64,000 nt of DNA from Patescibacteria group bacterium (GTDB lineage Bacteria > Patescibacteriota > Gracilibacteria > BD1-5 > UBA2023): contig JBAQBR010000001.1 of assembly GCA_049293675.1 (NCBI GenBank), positions 38,273 to 102,272 of the forward strand, written 5' to 3'. The notes below the pieces were generated by a model, which worked only from the letters and a program-made list of their open reading frames with translations, was not told where the DNA came from and did not search any database. Within the stretch, counting starts at the first letter, position 1. Each line of letters begins with the position of its first letter. Of the stretch, positions 46,152 through 55,878 are shown piece after piece. A program made the translations under genes and the position numbers.

Positions 46152-47357
46152 ATGAAACCTTCCGTAAAAGACTCTTCTCTTCTCCAGACAGAACGTCGGC
46201 TCATATCCATATTTGTGATAGGAGCTTTTACTTTTTTGCTTTTTTTCGAAGCATTTTTTATCGGAACGCGCCTTATCCTCGAGAATCAGTTCCAGAAAGA
46301 AGAATTCATCTCACAGATCAAGTGAATCGTTGAGTGAAGGTGACCAACACAGAAGAGTAATCGCTCAGGTCCACCACGTATTGGCATCAACTCTGTGATA
46401 CTTGATGCATCTGGAAGTATCATCGAAATCAGGGGCAATATCGATAACGAGGAATTCCTAGAGTTCATAGATGACAATACTCTCACTTCTCTACCAGCAG
46501 ATACTATCATCACCTATGATGGAACCCTCCTCCTGAAGAAAAAACAACAGATAGAAGACAGAGAATACTCGGTAATATTTTTCAAGAAGTCTGGATACCC
46601 TATGGAGGATATATTTCGTGATATAGTGAGATTCCTTTTTATCGATATATTTCTTCTATTGCCATTTTACTTTATCGGTCGATATTATGTCGGACGTACA
46701 CTTGAGCCTGTAGCTGAGAACATCGATACCATGTCACACTTCATCCACGATGCTGGACACGAACTCAAGACTCCACTCGCGATAGTCTCAGGCAACCTCC
46801 AGATACTCCGAGATAGCAAAAGAATAGATCCCGAGATCATCGAAGAGTCTATCACCACGATACACTCTATGGCTGACTCACTCGATGGACTCGTGGAACT
46901 CGCGAATCTAAAAGCTCCGACACAGACAAGTACCCTCTCTCTGAAAGAGAATATCGAAGAGATAATAGCCATACAACATGACAATCTAGAGAAGAAAAAT
47001 ATTACTGTAAGTATAGAAGTTCCTGAGTTATCTCAGGTATCTATAGAGAAGAAACACTTTCAGATACTCCTCTCAAATCTGATGACCAACGCTATCAGAT
47101 ACAACAAGCAAGATGGCAAGATAGATATCATCCTCAAGGGTAAGAAACTCACCATCACTGATACAGGAATCGGTATGACCGAAGCGGAAAGTAAGCGAAT
47201 ATTCGAACGATTCTATCGAGCAGACCGTAGTGGCAAGATACCTGGAACAGGTATCGGACTCACCATCGTCGAGCGCATCGTCCGACTCTATGGCTGGAGC
47301 ATAGTGGTAAAAAGTGAGAAGTGAGTTGGTACGAGCTTCGTAATCAGCATGAGGTAA
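46152..47357 (+). CDS. Sensor histidine kinase (HisKA + HATPase_c)
   Basis: ATG 46152. Two TM segments. H-box HFIHDAGHELKTPLAIV, N-box LLSNLMTNAIRYN, G1 DTGIGM, G2 GTGIGLTIV. Reads through TGA 47322-47324 to …SEK-G-VGTSFVISMR, TAA 47355-47357. Confidence 0.9.
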
Positions 47358-47384
47358 AATATCATTTATTTTTTAGGCTATTCT

Positions 47385-47792
47385 ATGTTTTCACAAAAAT
47401 CTATAAAACCACTCTTCATAGGACTCTTTGTTGCACTTTTGGTACTCATTATTGCTATAGGATTCCTCATGAGGAGTATACATACCTTCAAGAACAGTGA
47501 GAGAAAAATCTGACCACGCAACCCGTTATCTATATTTTCATGAAGCCAGGGACCTCTGACTAAACCAATAGCAAAAGATGTTGAAGAAATAGATGAATGG
47601 ATGACATTTGGATACATCAATCACCGATTTTCACTTCCAGAGACACTCCTTGCTGACACACTCAATATACGGGAAAAGAAATATCCAAACATATCATTGG
47701 GGCTCTATGCCAAAAAAAATAATATTGCGAGAGAGGAATTCATCTCACAAGTACGGACTATTGTATCGAATTTTATTTCACAAGTACCGTAG
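47385..47792 (+). CDS. Small N-terminally anchored protein (hypothetical)
   Basis: ATG 47385 (MFSQKSIKPLFIGLFVALLVLIIAIGFL), 2 TGA, joins track ORF 47601..47792. Ends TAG. Confidence 0.55.
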
Positions 47793-47795
47793 CAC

Positions 47796-48398
47796 ATGTT
47801 CGAATACCTCCTATCACTTTTTCTCATATACAAGTACATAATACTTTTTATTGTGATATTTGGTGCATCATTTGGTATTCCCTTGCCTGCTACAGGACTT
47901 CTCATGATGGGATGAGTATTTTTTGCACAGTGATACCTCGATGGCTCCATGGTATTTATTGTATCACTTTTAGCATGTATATCATGAGATATCTTAGCAT
48001 ACTTCCTGTCACGAACCTTTGGAAAAGGTATCTTTTATGCTATAGGTATAAGAAAAATACTGAATTCAGATGGATTCACTGAAGTAGAAAAAAGAATCAA
48101 TAAGCAAGGGATAATTCTGGTATTTTTGAGTAGATTCTTCTTTACAGCAATTGGTCCAATAGTGAATATTATATCAGGAATATCACGGATGAGAATTCGA
48201 TCTTTTATTATTGCTGATATAGCAGGAGAGATAGTTTATGTAAGTATGTTTTTTGCACTTGGATATGTCTTCTGAGATAACTGGGAATTGATACTCTCGA
48301 TATTTGAGAGTACAAGTATCATCATTATGAGTATTGTAGGTATCAGCAGTATCATGTACCATATATACAAAAAAAATTCAAGAGAACTTATGAAATAA
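47796..48398 (+). CDS. DedA family membrane protein
   Basis: MFEYLLSLFLIYKYIILFIVIFGASFGIPLPATG… with …FLSRFFFTAIGPIVNIISGISRM… typical of DedA/SNARE-associated proteins. 4 TGA. Ends TAA 48396-48398. Confidence 0.8.
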
Positions 48399-48401
48399 CT
48401 A

Positions 48402-48434
48402 AAAATACCCCCGATTCACTCGGAGGTATTTTTG
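48402..48434. terminator. Rho-independent terminator (also positioned to stop tmRNA transcription from the other side)
   Basis: Stem 48404-48414 / 48420-48430 (11 bp, one mismatch), loop TTCAC, T-run at 48429-48433. The tmRNA 3' end lies at 48448. Confidence 0.55.
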
Positions 48435-48447
48435 ATTGTTCTAAAAC

Positions 48448-48892
48448 TGGTGGAGATGGCGAGCACTGCCCTCGCGTCGAAAAAGGTACACCGGATGCAT
48501 CTACTCTCTGTAGTTCGATTTTGATATATTGTAGAATAGAAAATGAACAAAAAGCTCTACAATAATACGTTTTCTAGTATTCAGTACCTATGAATTACAT
48601 ATGTTAAGTTCGGACTGAAACTTGTAAGTAAAACAATTCTCTACAAGCTTTGAGAATCGAGTTGTGTAGCAGGCCAGCCGGCACTCATCCTAATATAGGA
48701 GGCTACATTCTTGAGTGATTAGACAGCAAGAATTATGCAAATACACGAGCTGCAGGCATGAAGCTAGCAAGACGAGTAAGTGCAGAAGTTGTAGATTTTG
48801 CATCTATTGTGTGTCATTTGATAACGAGGCTGACCGCCCCGAGAGAGCACATACGACATACGATTCTTTTCCTCGAATCCTATATCATCCCC
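48448..48892 (-). ncRNA. ssrA: tmRNA (SsrA)
   Basis: 5' end GGGGAUGAUAUAGGAUUCGAGG and 3' end …GCGAG-GGCAGUG-CUCGC-CAUCUCC-A-CCA form a 7-bp acceptor stem with the G3:U pair. GGGGCGGUCAGCCUCG precedes AAUAGAU-GCA, which matches the E. coli resume context AAUAGUC-GCA. The tag ORF runs from GCA 48801 down to UAA 48735-48733 and encodes AKSTTSALTRLASFMPAARVFA. Confidence 0.85.
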
Positions 48893-49248
48893 AAGTATGT
48901 TAAAGAACGCTAATATAGTAGTGAGAAAGCTCGAAAAAGCAACTCCACTCACCCACTTTTCACACAATCATATTTTCTCCTTTCAAAGCTTCTGGAACGA
49001 GTTTTTAGAATCTGTCAGTGAGTATTTCCGTTAAAAATTGCAACCGTATCTGAATTTTAATCTCTCTAATATTCTATTGTTTTATTTTGTGCCTTACTTT
49101 GCTTCTTTATTTTTGTGAATTTTGATATTCTGTCGACGTAGTTTTCGTAAAAATTCCGAATGTTCCTTAGTTTGGAATTTTAGAAAACAAGTCGAGAACA
49201 GAATGCAAAACGAACAAAGGAAAAAGAAGGACTTTTGGTACTTTTAGT

Positions 49249-49303
49249 CATAAAAGTACGGAAGAAAAAAGGGATTCCTACGGAACGACAAAAAAACCAA
49301 AAA
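49249..49303 (+). repeat. Intergenic ~50-nt element, copy B
   Basis: CATAAAAGTACGGAAGAAAAAAGGGATTCCTACGGAACGACAAAAAAACCAAAAA. Same layout as copy A: mini-hairpin TTCC-TAC-GGAA followed by GACAAAAAAACCAAAAA. Confidence 0.55.
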
Positions 49304-49348
49304 CACAAAAACCTCCCTCAAGTGGCGAATCCAAACGCCAGAGGGAGG
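49287..49348 (-). terminator. Rho-independent terminator of the minus-strand gene 49368..49829
   Basis: Outer stem CCTCCCTC (49312-49319) / GAGGGAGG (49341-49348) and inner stem TGGCG / CGCCA. On the minus strand it is followed by a long T-rich run (the complement of 49287-49311). Confidence 0.6.
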
Positions 49349-49367
49349 AACACGGATGAGGGCGAGA

Positions 49368-49829
49368 TTATCGTGAATGCAGTGTTGCGAGTACGGTCTT
49401 GGCTGTTGGAGATGCGAGATCTCATTCGATAACAGCGATACCATTCGGGAGGCGTGAGTAGGCACGAGGTGTATCTTCTCCGTGGTACTTCTGTATATCA
49501 TCGATGGTTGCTTGAGAATAAAAAGATACTCTCACTCAATCACTATCATACACTATACCACTTGCTGAGCGGATATCCACCTTGTCATCTACTTCTGTAG
49601 ATACCTGATTGTACGTATCTCCTGAACCAGTGTTGAATCCGTATCCGAGTTCATCATTCCAATAAGAACGACTCACAGGGGTTGTATTCGTAGGTTCTGC
49701 GAGTGTCGTCTCATATGAGTCAAAATATGGCATAGACATATAGATTCATACAAGTACCATCAGGGTAAAAACCGCCTGGAGCCACTCGACACCATATTTA
49801 CGATGTCTCTGGTACTGAGGATGTTTCAT
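49368..49829 (-). CDS. Small N-terminally anchored protein (hypothetical, 153 aa)
   Basis: Track ORF 49536..49739 extended upstream to ATG 49829 (MKHPQYQRHRKYGVEWLQAVFTLMVLVGIYM, a basic segment plus a TM). It also extends downstream through two TGA to TAA 49368-49370, 20 nt before the terminator hairpin. Confidence 0.55.
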
Positions 49830-49986
49830 ATACCTTTACAAAAAGAACAAAATAATTATAGCTCATATTTTCATGAATGTCAATAATTTTTCAATACTTT
49901 TATGAAGTGTCAAATATATAGCGTGAAATATATTCGATTTTTCGTAGTTTTTCTGTATATTGAGGCACATATTAAGCAAATCAACT

Positions 49987-51489
49987 ATGTCTCTCCAGCT
50001 CTACAACACTCTCACTCGCACAGTAGAACGATTCAAGCCCATCAAGCAAGATGAAGTAAAGGTCTACTATTGTGGGCCAACACCGTATAATTACGCTCAT
50101 ATCGGGAATCTCAGAGCCTATCTGACATCGGATTTTGTCGTACGATCACTACGCTATCTTGGCTACAAGGCGAGAACAGTTATGAATATCACTGATATCG
50201 ACGACAAGACTATCCGCGACAGCCAGAAGTCAGGCCAGTCACTTCAAGAATTCACTGAGTTCTATGCTGGAGAGTTCCTCGCAGACCTAGACAGACTCCA
50301 CATCGTCCGTGCAGATATCATAGCACCTATCTCAACCCTCATCGAGGATATGGGCAAGATGATTCAGTGACTCCTCGACAAGTGATATGCTTACCTCGCA
50401 GATGACGGGAGTATCTATTATAGTGTGAGCAAGTTCCGCAAATACGGTGAACTCGCACATCTCGATATGAGTGGACTCATATCCTCTGTACGCATCAACA
50501 ATGACGAATATGAAAAAGATCAAGTTGCAGACTTCGCGCTCTGGAAGGCGTATGATAGTGAGTCCGACGGACCGAATAAGTGGACAATTCAACTAAAAAT
50601 CAACAACGAGCAGGTAGCAATCGAGTGACGTCCAGGCTGGCATATCGAATGTAGCGCATGTAACTACCGATTCTTCGGTGAGCAGATAGATATCCACATG
50701 GGTGGTATCGACAATCTCTTCCCTCATCATCAGAACGAAGTCGCACAGACAGAGGCATATACCGGGAAGCAATTCTCGAAGTACTGGATGCACGGTGGGC
50801 ACCTCCTCGTAGACAACAAGAAGATGGCAAAGTCTGCAGGCAACTTTTATACTCTTCGCGATGTAGTTGAGAAGCAATCAGATACAGCCCCAGAGCTTAT
50901 CTATCGCTGATTCCGCCTGATGGCACTCCAGAACCAGTATAGAGAAAATTTTAACTTCACATTCGAACGTCTCGGTGCAGCAATCAACACTATCCGCGGA
51001 CTCGATGAGATGATGAAACGACTCGGACGATACATAGAAAAACTCCCTGAAACAAGTGAAGAACGTACGGGGCGGGGCAAGCTCAAGTTCCATGAGATCT
51101 CTCGTGAGTTCCGTGAGAATCAACAGGCATTTATGCAGGAATTTATCGAAAAACTCGAAGACGACTTCGATACAGTATCCGCTATGACGACGGTATTCGA
51201 ACTCCAGGGATACGTGAACTCTGGTATCGATGATGAGACTTTTTCTCTCGAAGAAGCAAAATCCCTAAGAGATATATTGAAGAGTTGGAATGAAGTGCTT
51301 GGTATACTTGATTTTACACTCCTTGAGTCAGAAACACTTCCTGAAGATATACAGAAACTCGCACTCGACCGCTATGACGCCAAGATAGCAAAAAACTGGG
51401 CAGACGCAGACAAAATCCGTGATGAACTCGCTGCTAAGTGATACAAGATGATCGATGAGAAGGACGGCTGGAGAGTAGAGAAGATCTAA
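49987..51489 (+). CDS. cysS: Cysteine--tRNA ligase
   Basis: Four track fragments are colinear. Start [11 protein letters not shown] (ATG 49987). Motifs [14 protein letters not shown] (Gly as TGA at 50626-50628, Trp as TGG), KMAKS. Reads through TGA 51439 to …[19 protein letters not shown] 51487-51489. Confidence 0.95.
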
Positions 51490-51499
51490 CTATGAACCT

Positions 51500-52063
51500 A
51501 TGCACAATCTTGAAATCGAAGCAAAGTACATCCACATAGATCTCTTCAATATAAGACAAAAGCTCGAAGAGACTGATTTTGAACTCGTATATCCAGAGTT
51601 TCAGACAATTCGGGCAACATTTATCTGTCATGACCCGAAGATGTCCCTGAGAGTAAGGTGAGAATATGGGAAAGTTACTATGACATACAAATACCAAGAC
51701 TCGTCAAAATGAGCTCTCTGAACGGAAGAGACAGAGATCATAGTCGATGACTTCGATAAGGCAGTATACATCCTCGAAAAAGCCCACAAGCCAAAACACA
51801 TCCTCCGACAAGAGTCACGTCGTGAACTCTGGAGTGACGGAGAGAACGAAGTCTGTATCGACGAGTGGCCAGGAACTGGGAAATATCTTGAGATAGAGTC
51901 TCCGAGCGAGGAAGAACTCATGCGAGTAACTGGGCTCCTCTGACTCGATTATAGCAGTGCACTCTTCTGACGTGTATGAGTTGTATACGAGGCTCTCGGA
52001 TATGATCTCGAGACTATCAATCAGATAGAGCACCTCACATTTGATAATCCACCGATAAGGTAA
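51500..52063 (+). CDS. CYTH-domain protein (class IV adenylate cyclase / triphosphatase-like)
   Basis: MHNLEIEAKY carries the ExExK signature. Further acidic strands (TEETEIIVDD, EVCIDEWPGTGKYLEIE). 6 TGA. Ends TAA 52061-52063. Confidence 0.7.
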
Positions 52064-52200
52064 TTTCTTGCTTTTCCCCACATTTTCCATATATTCCAAG
52101 ATATGTTCACACACACTATGTCATCACGTCGTCGCCGAAGCACTCTCTCTCGAGGGTTATTTTCGGTAGTTGTGATATAATTCTCTTTTTACAAATATCG

Positions 52201-52234
52201 AAAACAGCTCTCGTATGGGAGCTGTTTTTATTTT
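52201..52234 (+). terminator. Rho-independent terminator
   Basis: AAAACAGCTC (52201-52210) pairs with GAGCTGTTTT (52219-52228), followed by TATTTT. Confidence 0.6.
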
Positions 52235-52332
52235 CTATCTTTTTATTATATGGGACGTACACCACACACTCTGGAGAGGTATCTCTCCAATCTCTCGAGA
52301 TAACCCAGTGCTCATCGAGATATACTGACTAC

Positions 52333-52728
52333 ATGACCTCAGAGATAGTCAGACTCAGATCTGAGACTCTTCCCTGAGAACTCAAAGAGCTCACAGTCGA
52401 CTTGATACAGTCCAGAATTCATGAATTCTATCTTGTTACAATGAACGGTGACTCAGTCGGATGTTTTAGGATATTCGTACCTGAGAGTATGTCTCATAGT
52501 CTCGAACTCTGATCTGTGAAGAGCACGACATCATGAATCGGGAGAATCATAGTCAGTCAAGCAGAATCCATCGCAAGAGAAAAGCAAAAACAAATAGTTG
52601 CAATCACTGGCAAAAGCTACACTAAAACGATGTATAAGAGTTGATGGCTAGACGCAACAACAGAGTATCCAGAGAGGATGTCAGAATCAATACAGGACAA
52701 AAAACTCTGGCTCTATAATAAACTCTAA
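52333..52728 (+). CDS. GNAT-like acetyltransferase (tentative)
   Basis: ATG 52333 to TAA 52726-52728 with 4 TGA. …FYLVTMNGDSVGCFRIF…LGSVKSTTS-G-IGRIIVSQAESIAREK… resembles GNAT motif A (R/Q-x-x-G-x-G/A). Start and family are both uncertain. Confidence 0.4.
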
Positions 52729-52773
52729 TTTTCTCTCGATTTTTCTGATTTTCTTCCTATAATACCGCACATT

Positions 52774-54678
52774 ATGAAAACACTCAATTCCGTCATCACA
52801 GCTACACTAGAGAAGCTCTACAACTCTGAGTATACACCTGAGATATCTGTCGCTCCAAAACCAGAACTCGGTGAGTACTGTATCAACATCTTTCCTCTCG
52901 CGAAGACAGCAGGAAAGGCGCCGAATCTCATCTCCGAAGAGGTCGCAACCGAACTCGCAAAACACACTGACATATTCGTCTCTACAAGTGCCACTGGTGG
53001 ATATGTGAACTTTTTCCTCACAGAGAGTGTATGGATGGAAGTATTCCAGAGTCTCAACCAATCCAACAATCAACCAATCCAACAATCAACCATCGTCGTC
53101 GACTATATCGGTGCCAATGCTGGAAAACCTCTCCACATCGGACATATCTGTACTCCATCTATCGGACAAGTTATCTGCAATACTTATCGTCATCTCGGAT
53201 ATCGAGTTATCGGTGACTCACATTTTGGTGATTGGGGTGGGATTTTTGGAAAGTTGATTTATGCTTGGAATGATTTATTCGTCCTATTGCCAAATGAATA
53301 TGATAAAGAACTAAGTGTTGAAATGCATAAAAGAAATATTCATTTTAAACAGTGGAGCAAAGAAGAACAAACCTCATGGAAAGAACAGAAACTAAATAAT
53401 AATTGAGTGAAGTTATTATTAGCATTATATGCAAGATTTCATGTTTCACCCTTAGTAAATACACCAGAAGAAGCTGAAAAAATTCGGGAAGAATGGGATT
53501 TATGAGCTCGTCTTGAATTCCAATATCTCTCTGGAATTGGTATTGATCTATCCAATCCTGAAGAACTCAAGCATCATGAAGAAAACGTTGAACTCTGGAA
53601 AAAGTTCACAGCTATCTCTCTCGCGGAGACGAACAACAAACTCAAACTTCTCAATGTAGAGACAACATACAATATCGGTGAGAGCTTCTATGAGTGACTC
53701 GGACTCCCCCGCCCGAATGGAGAGGATTATCCAGATCTCGAATTCAATATGAAGAGTATCGTAGCTGAACTTGTGGAAAAGTGAGTTGCAACTCAGAACG
53801 AAGACGGAAGTGTTGGTGTGGTATTTCCCGAGGAGAGCAAGATGCCATCATGTATCCTCCAGAAAAAGGACGGAACAGGACTCTATCTCACCTCTGACCT
53901 CGCCGCTATCAAGTATCGTCTCACGAATGGTTGGAATCCTACGAAGCTCATATACTCTGTTGATGTCCGTCAGCAACTCCACCTCAAGCAAGCATTTACC
54001 ATTGCCAAGATGGCATGGCCAGAGCTCACAGAGTGAGTTGAGTTTTTCCATGCGTTCAATGGATTCATTAAGCTCAAGGAAGGGGCGATGTCGACTCGTC
54101 ATGGGACAGTGATATTCCTCGACAAGCTCATCGAAGAGGGTAACGAGCGAACAGCTCAGATTCTCGAGGAGAAGTGACGTACATGAGACAAGGCACTCAG
54201 AGGAGAAGATATCCAAGCTATCACTGTCGCAGCTATCAAGTACTCATACCTTGCACAAGATAGAGAAAAAGATGTGACATTTGACTGGGACAAGGCACTC
54301 TCATTCGAGGGAAATTCTGGACCATATATACAGTATGCATACGTGAGAGCCAAGAAGATACTCCCAGCAGATTTTACTCCAAAACCATCTGCGAATAACT
54401 TAGAACTCTCACCGCATGACAAGTCACTTATCCAGTCACTTGCAGGATTCCGAGATGCTGTAGACACAACCGCGAAGACATACAAGCCACACCATATAGC
54501 ACTCTACGCATATAGCCTCGCTGTGACGTTCAATGGATTCTACGTCCATACTCCGAAGATACTCGAAGAGAAAAACACAGAACTCCGAGACTTCCGCCTC
54601 GCACTCGTAGCAAAAGCGACTGAAACACTGAAACAATCATTCGAGCTTCTCGGTATCGAGATGCCAAGTGAGATGTAA
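52774..54678 (+). CDS. argS: Arginine--tRNA ligase
   Basis: Fragments 52774..53406, 53818..54036 and 54274..54678 are colinear and the gaps were checked. Motifs GKPLHIGHICTPSIGQ, GDWGGIFGKL, and the C-terminal DALR-type anticodon domain (GNSGPYIQYAYVR). Ends …GIEMPSEM, TAA. Confidence 0.95.
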
Positions 54679-54692
54679 AAATCCCTATTATT

Positions 54693-55244
54693 ATGATACA
54701 ACCAATCCTCAAGATATTCAAAAAAATCTGATATTCCCTCGGGTCGTCACGATGGCTCGCACAAAGACTCGTCAAAGAAAGTGGGATATCAAACAAACGG
54801 AATATACACATACTAGAACTCGGAGCATGATATGGCAATGTAACCAAGGAGATCATAGAACATCTCCATGCGAGCTCGACTCTCACTGCCATCGAATTCG
54901 ATACAACTCGATTCCAAGAACTCAAAAGATTCGAACAGAAAAATGTAAAAATCCTCCATGCGAGTGTTGCTCACCTTGATGAATACATAGATGAAAAAAG
55001 TATTGATTGTATTATCTCTACTCTCCCGCTTGGAAGCTTCGAGAAGAGCTTCACACAAGAAATACTCCAAAAGATATCATACGTCCTCAAAGAAGATGGT
55101 AAGTATATACAGTACCAATATTGGATGGTAAACCGAAGTGATGTGAAGAAGCTATTTTCTATCGAGAAAACCGTACTGGAACCAAGGAATTTTACTCCAG
55201 CTTTCATCTATATATCAGAAAATAATGCGAATAAATCTCTATAA
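54693..55244 (+). CDS. Class I SAM-dependent methyltransferase
   Basis: Motif I ILELGA-G-YGNVT, with the central Gly as TGA at 54828-54830. Motif II-like IDCIISTLP. Post-I acidic residue in AIEFD. Ends TAA 55242-55244. Confidence 0.75.
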
Positions 55245-55821
55245 AAAATACGCGAAAAATATCTTACTGACTCTATGGTGAGCTTCTGTAATATGAGCAA
55301 TGTGATGCTATCTCATATATCCAGAAGTATTTACCTCTGAGAAGATTTCGGATTTTTTCATGGGATTTTGAAGGTTTTTCTTGATTGTATATATGCTTGT
55401 GTCGATTTTACGCGGGCTCACACTCATTCCGAGTACCCCTTTTGTCCTTGCCTGAGTACTGCTTTTCCCAGGTGAACTCCTGAAGGTATATATCATCTCC
55501 TTGATATGAATACTGCTTTCTGCGACAATGATATATTTTTTCTCTCGAGAGATGGATTTTGAGAAGATCATCCTATGAAAGCATAAGAAAATCATGAAAA
55601 TATGAGAAAAATGGATATCAAAATACTGATTTTATACTGTATTAGTTTGGTCTTTTGTCATCATTGTACCAACAGATATCATCTGCTATATCGCAGGAAC
55701 CATGAAGATGCGGTATGCACAATTCATAACAGCAGTTGCGATATGAGAGTGACTCATCTGTATAATACTTATATGGTGATGAGATGTGACCTTTGAATTC
55801 TTGAAGCAACTCTTCATATAA
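55225..55821 (+). CDS. TVP38/TMEM64 (DedA-related) membrane protein
   Basis: Frame-1 lines 55261-55800 were checked. 15 TGA, including the pair at 55783-55788. …LRGLTLIPSTPFVLA-G-VLLFPG… and …VPTDIICYIAGTMKM… are typical of the VTT domain. The start ATG 55225 overlaps the preceding gene by 20 nt. Confidence 0.75.
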
Positions 55822-55878
55822 AAATAAAATATATACTGCCATTCTTGCCTTTATATTGTTTCTGTCTATAATTCCTCC

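Noticed and set aside
48715-48967. Track ORFs 48715..48903 (+) and 48764..48967 (-).
   Set aside because: They overlap the tmRNA gene, whose ends, acceptor stem and tag-reading frame explain this sequence.
48400-49367. Genomic island or prophage integrated at the tmRNA gene.
   Set aside because: I found no integrase, no phage-like genes and no direct repeat of the tmRNA 3' end on either side. The flanking genes are ordinary chromosomal ones.
49235-49501. ORFs 49235..49432 (+) and 49244..49501 (-).
   Set aside because: They run across a strong terminator hairpin and the A-rich repeat element. They overlap the better-supported minus-strand CDS 49368..49829 out of frame or in antisense.
52103-52180. 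25-aa ORF MFTHTMSSRRRRSTLSRGLFSVVVI between the CYTH gene and the terminator at 52201.
   Set aside because: It is too short and has no recognisable family. It may simply be 3' UTR, so it is not listed as a feature.
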